DNA from: Oxalobacter sp.
GTDB taxonomy: Bacteria; Pseudomonadota; Gammaproteobacteria; Burkholderiales; Burkholderiaceae_D
DNA length: 64,000 bases
Direction of reading: 5' to 3'
NCBI GenBank assembly: GCA_016291665.1
Contig: JAEEYE010000001.1
Location: 55,021-119,020 of the forward strand
Shown in pieces: positions 21,787 to 32,500 of the stretch (its first letter is position 1; the number at the start of each line of letters is the position of its first letter). A program made the position numbers and the translations under genes. Below the pieces are notes generated by a model. It had not been told where the DNA came from and made no database searches. It saw nothing but the letters and a program-made list of their open reading frames with translations.

Positions 21787-22575
21787 TCAATCATGCCGTC
21801 CCGGTATCATTTGTCCCTTTGCAATGGAAAACGCCTCTTCTAACGTATGCAGACACCACTGCTGTGCCTTCTCAAGCGCGTCTTCCTCCGACACGCCCTG
21901 CGCCAGAAATCCCGCAATCGCTGATGCCAATGTACAGCCAGTACCATGAAACTCGCCTGGCAGACGCTGCCACTGCCAACGCTTCTCTTTTTGGCGACTG
22001 AACCAATGATTCACCACGATCTCTGGCTCTTCACCATGCCCGCCTTTAACTAATACACTTTTTGCACCCCGCGCCATCAGATAGGCAGCCTGTTCCTGAA
22101 TATCATTTGATTTAGGGTACAACCGCTTCGCCTCAGGCAGATTGGGAGTTATAACCGTTGCTAGGTCAATCAGCGGAGATAGGGCATATTCCGGTACACC
22201 ATCCGTCAACGAAAACCCATGGCCACTGCCAAAGACGGTATCCAGGACTACAGGCAATGCCGGATTTTTCTCGCGGAGACAGACAAGCACATCACGAATA
22301 GCCAAAGCGTTTTCCCGATTTCCCACAATACCGATTTTCACTGCTGCTACCGGTATCTTATCTAAGAGCACTCCTGCCTGACGAGCAATAATGGCGTCTC
22401 CGACAGGATTGACCGCATATACGCGGTCGTTATCCTGCACCGTCAACGCCGTTACTACGGGCAACGCATGCGCGCCAACCGCGCCAATGGCATCAATGTC
22501 AGCAGAAATGCCTGCCCCACCACTGGGATCGAGTCCAGCAAAAACCAACACACAAGGGCGCAACTTTTGTTCCAT
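21787..22575 (-). CDS. thiD: Hydroxymethylpyrimidine/phosphomethylpyrimidine kinase
   Basis: VLVFAGLDPSGGAGISADI, VKIGIV and C-terminal GTGCTLASAIA motifs. Confidence 0.92.
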   Translation of the reverse strand: MEQKLRPCVLVFAGLDPSGGAGISADIDAIGAVGAHALPVVTALTVQDNDRVYAVNPVGDAIIARQAGVLLDKIPVAAVKIGIVGNRENALAIRDVLVCLREKNPALPVVLDTVFGSGHGFSLTDGVPEYALSPLIDLATVITPNLPEAKRLYPKSNDIQEQAAYLMARGAKSVLVKGGHGEEPEIVVNHWFSRQKEKRWQWQRLPGEFHGTGCTLASAIAGFLAQGVSEEDALEKAQQWCLHTLEEAFSIAKGQMIPGRHD

Positions 22576-22625
22576 GTTTCTCTACAAAGCATCATGGATG
22601 CACGGCGACATCCATAACGTCAGAT

Positions 22626-22651
22626 AAAAAAGAGCCTCCCAACAGGGAGGC
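22626..22651 (-). terminator. Rho-independent terminator after thiG
   Basis: The minus strand reads GCCTCCC-tgtt-GGGAGGC followed by TCTTTTTT. Confidence 0.75.
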
Positions 22652-22664
22652 CACAAGAAAGGGA

Positions 22665-23456
22665 TTAAGAAACGATGCGTCCTGCCATCGGAGAAGATGG
22701 CGAAGCGGCAAATTTCCGAGGAATACGGCCGGCTAGGAACGCATCACGGCCTGCCTCAACTGCAGCTTTCATCGCACGTGCCATACGGACTGGATCCTGT
22801 GCCAAGGCAATCGCGCTGTTCATCAGGATACCGTCACAGCCCAGTTCCATGGCAATCGCCGCATCAGAAGCCGTGCCTACACCCGCATCGACAATGACCG
22901 GAACCTTGGACTGTTCAATAATCAGGGAAAGGTTCCAAGGATTCAGGATACCCATGCCAGAACCAATCAGGGAAGCCAATGGCATAATGGCTGCGCAACC
23001 GATATCTTCCAACATTTTTGCCTGGATAGGGTCGTCGCTACAGTAGACCATCACATCAAAACCATCCTTAACCAGCATTTCTGCCGCTTTCAGAGTTTCA
23101 GGCATGTTTGGGAATAAAGTCTTCTGGTCTCCCAAGACTTCCAATTTCACAAGCTTATGACCATCCAGCAGTTCACGAGCAAGCTGTAACGTATAAACAG
23201 CATCTTCCGCATTAAAGCAGCCTGCTGTATTCGGCAGAATCGTATATTTAGTTGGCGGGACAACGTCCAACAGATTCGGCTGATTCGGATCCTGGCCGAT
23301 GTTTACGCGACGGATGGCAACCGTGATGATTTCTGCACCACTTGCCTCAGTTGCAATACGCGTTTCTTCCAAATCCTTGTATTTGCCACTACCCACCAGC
23401 AGACGGGATTTATACGTCTTGCCGGCAATCGTCAAGCCGCTATCTTCTTTATTCAT
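22665..23456 (-). CDS. thiG: Thiazole synthase
   Basis: [24 protein letters not shown] and the [17 protein letters not shown]-barrel signature. Confidence 0.95.
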   Translation of the reverse strand: MNKEDSGLTIAGKTYKSRLLVGSGKYKDLEETRIATEASGAEIITVAIRRVNIGQDPNQPNLLDVVPPTKYTILPNTAGCFNAEDAVYTLQLARELLDGHKLVKLEVLGDQKTLFPNMPETLKAAEMLVKDGFDVMVYCSDDPIQAKMLEDIGCAAIMPLASLIGSGMGILNPWNLSLIIEQSKVPVIVDAGVGTASDAAIAMELGCDGILMNSAIALAQDPVRMARAMKAAVEAGRDAFLAGRIPRKFAASPSSPMAGRIVS

Positions 23457-23525
23457 CGCAATACCTCTTTCTTGTTCAGATTTCCAGCAGATGCCACAGC
23501 ATCCGCTTCCCTTTACATCTTGAAA

Positions 23526-23732
23526 TCAACCACCACCGATGGCGCGCACCAGTTCAACCACATCACCGGCCTGAAGGACACATTCACCCCACTTCGCCTT
23601 GGTGATGACGCGACGGTTCACAGCAATCGCCATCGCGCGGTTCGGGACTTTCAGTTCCTCGACCAACACTTGGAGGGTTATACCGTCAGCCACTTGACGG
23701 TTCTCCCCATTCAATCGAATTTCCATAGCCAA
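23526..23732 (-). CDS. thiS: Sulfur-carrier protein ThiS
   Basis: 68 aa with a C-terminal GG, lying between thiC and thiG. Confidence 0.9.
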   Translation of the reverse strand: MAMEIRLNGENRQVADGITLQVLVEELKVPNRAMAIAVNRRVITKAKWGECVLQAGDVVELVRAIGGG

Positions 23733-23739
23733 ATCCCGC

Positions 23740-25626
<1,887 letters not shown>

Positions 25627-25689
25627 TCAGCTTTACATTCATCAATCCAGCTTGGGAATCTCGGCCTACAGCATCACCATACTGCATCA

Positions 25690-25780
25690 CGTTAACGCTT
25701 CCCTTCGCTGGCATTGCCCAGATCAGGTTCAGAGGGTGTAATCTCGCCCAACCTTTATGGCTGGAACCCCTAGCATTCTG
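25690..25780 (-). promoter_or_regulatory. TPP (THI-box) riboswitch in the thiC leader
   Basis: The minus strand reads AGGGGTTCCAGCC..GGTTGGGCGAGATTACACCCTCTGAACCTGATCTGGGCAATGCCAGCGAAGGGAAGCG. This matches the conserved ACCCU..GAACCUGAUCUGG.UAAUGCCAGCG.AGGGAA core. Confidence 0.85.
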
Positions 25781-25900
25781 ATATTGAGTGTTCGGAGAAA
25801 TTATAACGGCATCTTTCGGATGCGTCTCCATCATCCACCTATTATAATAGACTTTTTTTCGAGCGATATTACTGATTTTCAACAGAATCATCTTTGTATT

Positions 25901-28684
25901 ATGGAACTGGCAAAGTCTTTTGAACCACTAGAAATTGAAAAACGCTGGCGAGACACATGGGAAAAAAACGGATATTTCCGTGCAACTCTCGATGAAAGCA
26001 AACCTTCTTTCTCTATCCAGCTGCCACCGCCCAATGTCACTGGCACCCTCCATATGGGGCATGCCTTCAACCAAACCATCATGGACGGCCTGATCCGCTA
26101 CCACCGCATGAAAGGTTTCAACACGGCTTGGATTCCCGGTACCGACCATGCTGGTATCGCCACCCAAATTGTTGTGGAACGCCAGTTGGACGCACAAAAA
26201 ATCTCCCGCCATGACCTCGGTCGTGAAAAATTCCTGGAAAAAGTCTGGGAATGGAAAGAGCATTCTGGTTCCACCATCACCAGCCAAATGCGCCGCATGG
26301 GGACTTCACCGGACTGGGATCGGGAATACTTCACCATGGACGCAGACCGTTCCAAACTCGTTGCTGATGTCTTTGTCCGCCTCTATGAAGAAGGCCTGAT
26401 TTACCGTGGCAAACGCTTGGTCAACTGGGATCCCGTCCTTGGCACCGCAGTTTCCGACCTTGAAGTCGTCTCCGAAGAAGAAAACGGTTCCATGTGGCAC
26501 ATCCGTTACCCGTTTGCTGATGGTTCTGGATCCGTGACAGTCGCCACCACCCGCCCTGAAACAATGCTGGGCGACGTAGCCGTCGCCGTCAATCCGCAGG
26601 ATGAACGGTATGCAGACCTTGTAGGCAAAATGCTCATCCTGCCTTTAACAGGCCGCCAGATTCCTGTCATTGCGGATGAATACGTTGACAAAGACTTTGG
26701 TACAGGTTGCGTGAAAATCACGCCAGCGCACGACTTTAACGACTATGCCGTCGGCATGCGTCACCAGATGGATCCGATCAACATCTTTACCTTAGATGCA
26801 AAAATCAACGAAAACGGTCCTGAAGCTTACCAAGGCATGGATCGCTTCGCCGCACGTAAACAGATTGTCGCCGACCTGGAAGCACAGGGCTATCTCGTCC
26901 GCATTGACCCACACAAACTCATGGTGCCACGAGGTGACCGCACCGGCGTCATCATTGAACCAATGCTCACCGACCAATGGTTTGTCGCGATGAGCAAACC
27001 CGCTCCAGAGGGAACTTTCTTCCCGGGTAAATCACTCACTGAAGTTGCCCTAGAAAAAGTGGCCAACGGCGAAATCAAATTCATGCCTGAAAACTGGACC
27101 AACACCTACAACCAGTGGCTCAACAATATCCAAGACTGGTGCATCTCACGCCAGCTCTGGTGGGGTCATCAAATTCCCGCCTGGTACGATGACGAAGGCA
27201 ACATCTACGTTGCCCGCACTGAAGAAGAAGCTCAGGCAAAAGCAGGAAACAAAACGCTACGACGTGACCCAGATGTCTTAGACACCTGGTTCTCTTCTGC
27301 AATGGTACCGTTTTCCACCCTAGGCTGGCCTGAAGACACAGTGGAATCCCGCTTGTTCCTCCCATCATCCGTACTGGTCACCGGATTTGACATCATCTTC
27401 TTCTGGGTTGCCCGCATGATCATCATGACGTTGCACTTCACCGGCAAGATCCCATTCAAGGTCGTCTATGTACATGGACTCGTTCGCGATGCACAGGGAC
27501 AGAAAATGTCCAAATCCAAAGGCAATACATTAAACCCTATCGACCTGATTGATGGTATCGATGTGGAATCTTTGGTCAAGAGCCGCACCCAGAACCTGAT
27601 GAACCCCAAGAAGGCAGAGGCGATTGCTAAAGCAACGCGCAAGGAATTCGCAAAAGGCATCCCATCCTTTGGTTCCGACGCCTTGCGCTTCACAATGGCA
27701 AGCTATGCTTCCTTGGGCCGCAACATCAACTTCGATATGAACCGTTGCGAAGGCTACCGCAACTTCTGCAACAAACTGTGGAATGCAACCCGTTTCGTCC
27801 TAATGAACACAGAGGGTCAAGACTGTGGGTTCGGCGACAACAAGGAAATGGAATTCTCTTTAGCAGACCGCTGGATCCAGTCCCTATTCCAACGTACTTC
27901 TGCAGAAACTGAAAAAGGCTATGCCGAATACCGTTTTGACAACATCGCAAACGCCATCTACCGCTACATCTGGGATGAATACTGCGACTGGTATGTTGAA
28001 ATGGCTAAAGTCCAGATCCAAGAAGGCAATGAAGCTCAGCAACGCGCTACACGCTACACGCTACTCAACGTCTTGGAAAAAATCCTGCGCCTGGCACACC
28101 CAATCATCCCGTACATTACCGAGGAACTCTGGCAGATTGTCGCCCCAATGGCTGGTAAATCCGGTGAGACCATCATGCTGCAGGCCTACCCCGAAGCAGA
28201 TCCAAGCCTGATTGACGAAGAAGCTGACCAGTGGATGGCACAGTGCAAGGCCTTGGTGGACAGCACACGCAACCTGCGTGGCGAAATGCAACTCTCTCCA
28301 GCAAAACGCGTTCCCCTGTTCATTGAAGCGCCGGAAGCCGGCAACATCCCGTCTTTTATCCCCCACCTGAAAGCATTGGGTAAACTGGAAGAGGTCAACA
28401 TCACGCCTACCCTGCCTCAGTCCCCAGCGCCTGTCTCCATCGTTGGTACCCTTAAGCTCATGCTCAAGGTCGAAATCGATGTTGCCGCTGAAACCGAACG
28501 GCTCAACAAAGAAAAAGCCCGTATTGAAAACGAAATCCGAAAAATCAATGGCAAGCTTGCCAACCAGAATTTCGTTTCAAAGGCACCTGAAAAAGTAGTC
28601 GCCCAAGAACGCACACGGTTGCAGGACTACACCGCCACACTGGAAAAACTCAATGACCAGCTGGCAAAGCTCACCGCAATGTAA
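25901..28684 (+). CDS. valS: Valine--tRNA ligase (start trimmed to ATG at 25901)
   Basis: [26 protein letters not shown] is a typical ValRS start. HIGH-type motif [19 protein letters not shown] motif and a C-terminal coiled coil. The ORF-track extension (25757-25900) overlaps the thiC riboswitch. Confidence 0.97.
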   Translation: MELAKSFEPLEIEKRWRDTWEKNGYFRATLDESKPSFSIQLPPPNVTGTLHMGHAFNQTIMDGLIRYHRMKGFNTAWIPGTDHAGIATQIVVERQLDAQKISRHDLGREKFLEKVWEWKEHSGSTITSQMRRMGTSPDWDREYFTMDADRSKLVADVFVRLYEEGLIYRGKRLVNWDPVLGTAVSDLEVVSEEENGSMWHIRYPFADGSGSVTVATTRPETMLGDVAVAVNPQDERYADLVGKMLILPLTGRQIPVIADEYVDKDFGTGCVKITPAHDFNDYAVGMRHQMDPINIFTLDAKINENGPEAYQGMDRFAARKQIVADLEAQGYLVRIDPHKLMVPRGDRTGVIIEPMLTDQWFVAMSKPAPEGTFFPGKSLTEVALEKVANGEIKFMPENWTNTYNQWLNNIQDWCISRQLWWGHQIPAWYDDEGNIYVARTEEEAQAKAGNKTLRRDPDVLDTWFSSAMVPFSTLGWPEDTVESRLFLPSSVLVTGFDIIFFWVARMIIMTLHFTGKIPFKVVYVHGLVRDAQGQKMSKSKGNTLNPIDLIDGIDVESLVKSRTQNLMNPKKAEAIAKATRKEFAKGIPSFGSDALRFTMASYASLGRNINFDMNRCEGYRNFCNKLWNATRFVLMNTEGQDCGFGDNKEMEFSLADRWIQSLFQRTSAETEKGYAEYRFDNIANAIYRYIWDEYCDWYVEMAKVQIQEGNEAQQRATRYTLLNVLEKILRLAHPIIPYITEELWQIVAPMAGKSGETIMLQAYPEADPSLIDEEADQWMAQCKALVDSTRNLRGEMQLSPAKRVPLFIEAPEAGNIPSFIPHLKALGKLEEVNITPTLPQSPAPVSIVGTLKLMLKVEIDVAAETERLNKEKARIENEIRKINGKLANQNFVSKAPEKVVAQERTRLQDYTATLEKLNDQLAKLTAM

Positions 28685-28707
28685 ACTAAGCCGGGCATCA
28701 ACACGGC

Positions 28708-28738
28708 AACGGCAGCCTGATAAAGGCTGCCGTTTTTT
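28708..28738 (+). terminator. Rho-independent terminator after valS
   Basis: AACGGCAGCC-tgataaa-GGCTGCCGTT followed by TTTT. Confidence 0.8.
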
Positions 28739-28772
28739 GGCCTCTAGTCTGGACTTCAGCTATAAGCGGCTC

Positions 28773-29003
28773 TTACGCATCAGACATCTTCAGGACATCC
28801 TCAAGCGTATACCTCTGCTGGGATGCCAGGAACAGGTTCCAAAGCAACGAAGACTGCAACCGATCGATATCGTCCAAGCGGTCAAGCAACAAACTGTTGG
28901 ACTGATCCATCTCCGACTGCAACATCACTTTCACTTCTTCCAGCTTCTTGATGGCCTTGATATAAACTTGGGCACTCACATCGTCCTCCTTCTCTGAAAT
29001 CAT
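28773..29003 (-). CDS. Hypothetical acidic 76-aa protein, predicted helical
   Basis: ATGA start/stop overlap with the upstream ORF. Heptad-like KAIKKLEEVKVMLQSEMDQ. About 15 acidic versus 9 basic residues. No family recognised. Confidence 0.4.
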   Translation of the reverse strand: MISEKEDDVSAQVYIKAIKKLEEVKVMLQSEMDQSNSLLLDRLDDIDRLQSSLLWNLFLASQQRYTLEDVLKMSDA

Positions 29004-29494
29004 TCCCCCATCTTCACCATGCTAGGCGCTTCCCTGTTGTTCAGGCTTTTCCTGAGCTCCGACTCAAAGCCGTCGATAAAATCATCTTTACGCAGGAATT
29101 CCCCAAAAACAATCAGCCCACGCCCATCATATTCAAATTCCATCTCAGACAGGATGGGACGCCCACCCTCAACATGGTAACGAATTTCTCTACCTTCACG
29201 CTGATCGATGATCCGCCCGTTACCGCGCTTGACCTTATGCCAGAATTCAAAGGTGATTGTAAACTCATCGGCCTTCTGCTCTGTCACCTTGTATTCAACG
29301 GTCACAGGCTCATCAAACATATGCTCAATTTGGAGCTTTTTCCCAGAAAAAGACAGGACAGACCTCGGGTAATCCTTAAACTGTCTCGTCTCAACCCATG
29401 TGCCTTCCAACTTGTCACTGATGGCGTCAGCCTGCGCACAAAAAGGCAGTACGGAAAGCAGCATTGCAAACAGCGTATTCAAAAGTCTCATCAC
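29000..29494 (-). CDS. Exported lipocalin-like hypothetical protein
   Basis: Sec signal peptide MMRLLNTLFAMLLSVLPFCAQA/DA. The mature part starts ..LEGTWVE.. and is rich in alternating beta-strand patterns. GGAG Shine-Dalgarno. Codon 1 is GTG and codon 2 is ATG (29491). Starts 21 nt after the helicase stop. Confidence 0.7.
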   Translation of the reverse strand: MMRLLNTLFAMLLSVLPFCAQADAISDKLEGTWVETRQFKDYPRSVLSFSGKKLQIEHMFDEPVTVEYKVTEQKADEFTITFEFWHKVKRGNGRIIDQREGREIRYHVEGGRPILSEMEFEYDGRGLIVFGEFLRKDDFIDGFESELRKSLNNREAPSMVKMGE

Positions 29495-29515
29495 TTTCTC
29501 CTATCAGGGAATCAT

Positions 29516-32500
29516 TCAGAGTACGGAAACAATACCTTCTTCATCCTTGCTGACCTTACCCCGCGAAACCAAATCTTCAAAGGCGGCCGTGAAAACCTCG
29601 TTTAATTTCGGCGTCTTCTGTTTGAAACCAAAACCATGCACCGTTTCCGTAATCAACGCCGACTGATTGATACCGACACGCGTTTTCGCAACCTTAAGCA
29701 ATGCTGCCTGGATTTCGTCCTGGGCGATATGAGTAATCATGCGGTCACCTTTCAACCTAGCTGGCATCTCCTTAATAACAGGTGGATAGAAAAAATCGCC
29801 TTTTCGTTTATACAGGTCATTATCCTCAATCAGCTTCATGTCTGCCTGAAGCTCTGCTTTCATCGCAGGCGTAATCTTTGGCACACCGGCATAGATGGCT
29901 TTGGTAAGCACATCCACATGAACCGGGAAGTAGGTAGTAATCAGGTACTTCAGGCAGGTCTGCCTGCCAAACGGGCCTTTCGGCGACATCGTGGATGGCA
30001 CTACAACTTCAGGCGCTGGATCGAAATGGTACGGATTCGCCGTATCGGTTTCTTCTGCAGCCGTAACGACAACCATCTCTTCTTCTTTCGGTGTTTCGCC
30101 CCCTTCAGTCTTGACTGGTGGCTTGACCGGTGGGGCGATATCCAACTTGAAATTCTTGATGGCATCTTCCACCGCCTCAATCAGGCGCTGTCCCTCTGCC
30201 TGGGGATCCTTGACCCAGTCAGGTGACCAGATACGGTAGGTCTTCCAGCCCATACCCTGCAGGACATCCGGACGAATACGATCCCTTTCACGGGCGGTTT
30301 TCGCGGCATGGTACGAAGCACCGTCACATTCGATAGCAATCGCATAGCAACCCGAGTAATCTGGATGTCTGACAGCAAGGTCAATACGGTAACCAGAACA
30401 ACCAACCTGGGTATCGACCTGATAACCTTTCGAGACAAGCAGGTCATGAATCGCCGTTTCCAGCGGTTCTTCCTGGCTGGCATTTGCCTTGGCTGCTGGT
30501 AACAGCGCCTGCTGTCCTTGAATAGCAAACTCCATATAAGCTTTCAGAAGCTTCGGCCCTTCTGTCGTGATGCGGCTGACATCGATATCGGTTGGCAGGA
30601 TGGAACCGACAAGCTTGATATTAAATTTAGCCCTTGTGATAGCGACATTCAAACGCCTTTCGCCGCCCTGTTGCCCCAGAGGCCCAAAGTTCATGACCAT
30701 CTTGCCGTCAGGACCTTTAGCATAACCAATACTGAAGATGATGGTATCGCGCTCGTCACCTTGGACATTCTCAAGGCTCTTAACGAAGAATGGCTCTTCA
30801 ACCCCTTCATTAAAATACTCCTCATATTCTGGATGTTCTGAACGTAAACGCCTTAATGCTGCCTCAATCGCCTGCTGCTGAACGATACCAAAGGCAATGA
30901 CGCCCAATGACCGATTGAAGCGTCCCTGTTTGCAAGCCTCAAAATGCGCAAAGACCATCTCCGCTATTTTCTGCGCCTCGATAGCGTTCCCTTTCCTACC
31001 GCCACGGTCATAGACACCGTCAGGAACATGGACATATTCCACCCCAATATCAGGCATCTCAGCCATCCAGGAAGGGAAGGTCACCAACCGGTTCTGATAG
31101 ATTTCAGCATTGGAAAAGGCAATCAGGTGTTCGTGACGGCTTCGGTAATGCCACAACAATGTCTTTTCTGGCAAAAGTGATGCTTCATCAAGGAGAGACT
31201 CAAAGACATCATTGGCTTCCTCATTCTCTTCATCGTATTCGTCAAAATTGCCATCAGCAGAAACGTTGAAGAAACTGGTTGGCGGCATCTGCTTACTGTC
31301 ACCGACAATAATGACCTGCTTGCCACGGACAATGGCACCAAGGGCATTTTCTGTACAAACCTGAGAAGCCTCATCAAAGATAACTGTATCGAAGATGAAG
31401 TCCTTGGATTCAAGGAAAAGGCTGACTGTCAACGGTGACATCATCAGGCAGGGTTTCAGCATCCGGACAAGGTTCGGGATTTTCTGGAACAGCCTGCGGA
31501 CGGGCATAATCCGGCGCTGTTTAGCCAGTTCACGCTTCAGGATACTGATTTCATCACCCCCTGAAGTGAATGCACTGAACGATGGTAGCTTATTGGTCAG
31601 CTCTGCACTGATACGGTTACGGGCAACATCAAACTGCTTCTTATCCAACGCCTTGAATTCAGCAATCAACGCATCCTGCTGCTTACGACGGAATGTCGCG
31701 ACGGAAGGATATTCAGGCAGGACGCTATCCAGCCAGAGGTTATAGAACCGTTTCTGGAATGTAGACACAATCTGGTCATTGGGCAGTTTGGCTGCTTCAC
31801 ACTGCTTCATGAAATCGTCAAGCCCAGATTGGGCACATTTGGCAGCGGCGCCCCGATAGTCGATCCAATCCTGCAGTTGCATCATGCCGTTTAAGCACGC
31901 CTCATAACGCTGGCTGAGCTCATTAAATGACAAGTGGTAAAAACTGTCTGGATTGTCGAACAACTGGGTAAAGCCCGTGTTATAGGCCGTATATCCAGCC
32001 ATTTCCTCCTTAAGCTTGGTAAGGAAGGCAGCTGCCTGCGATTTGGTCGCCTCACTCTCTTCACAGACCTTACGAACCAAGGTTTCCCTATCTGCCATAG
32101 GCGCAATGGCGTTCCTGAATCCATTCGCCCATTCCAACGCACCACGGACATCGTCCCAATCCGTTTCCATGCCGGTATACAACCCTTCGTAGTGCTGGCG
32201 TAACGTAGCATCCTGATCATCGAAGATACCGACATAAGTCTGTAAGGCATTCAATTTCTGTTGGCAGGCCTGTAACAATTTGAAAGCGGCAATCCCCTTT
32301 TCCAATGCCGCAAAATCCGTATCGACTCCCTGATAGGCACTCCCGAAAAGCTGTGCCGCCATCGGTTCTTTTTCCTGGAGGAATACCTTATGTTCTTTCA
32401 TCTGGCGTAACTTGCCTAATACATCGATGATATGTTCATCAGAAAGTTCAGCCCCAACCCTAATGCTCATGCTCTCTATCAGCTTTTTGTCATTCCGGTA

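Noticed and set aside
25757-25900. A 48-codon N-terminal extension of valS in the ORF track.
   Set aside because: The extension overlaps the thiC TPP riboswitch and its sequence is unlike ValRS. The canonical ValRS N-terminus begins at the ATG at 25901.
28653-28997. A 114-aa plus-strand ORF overlapping the valS 3' end and the 76-aa minus-strand ORF.
   Set aside because: It starts inside valS in another frame and reads straight through the valS terminator hairpin. The minus-strand ORF is at least translationally coupled to its neighbour.
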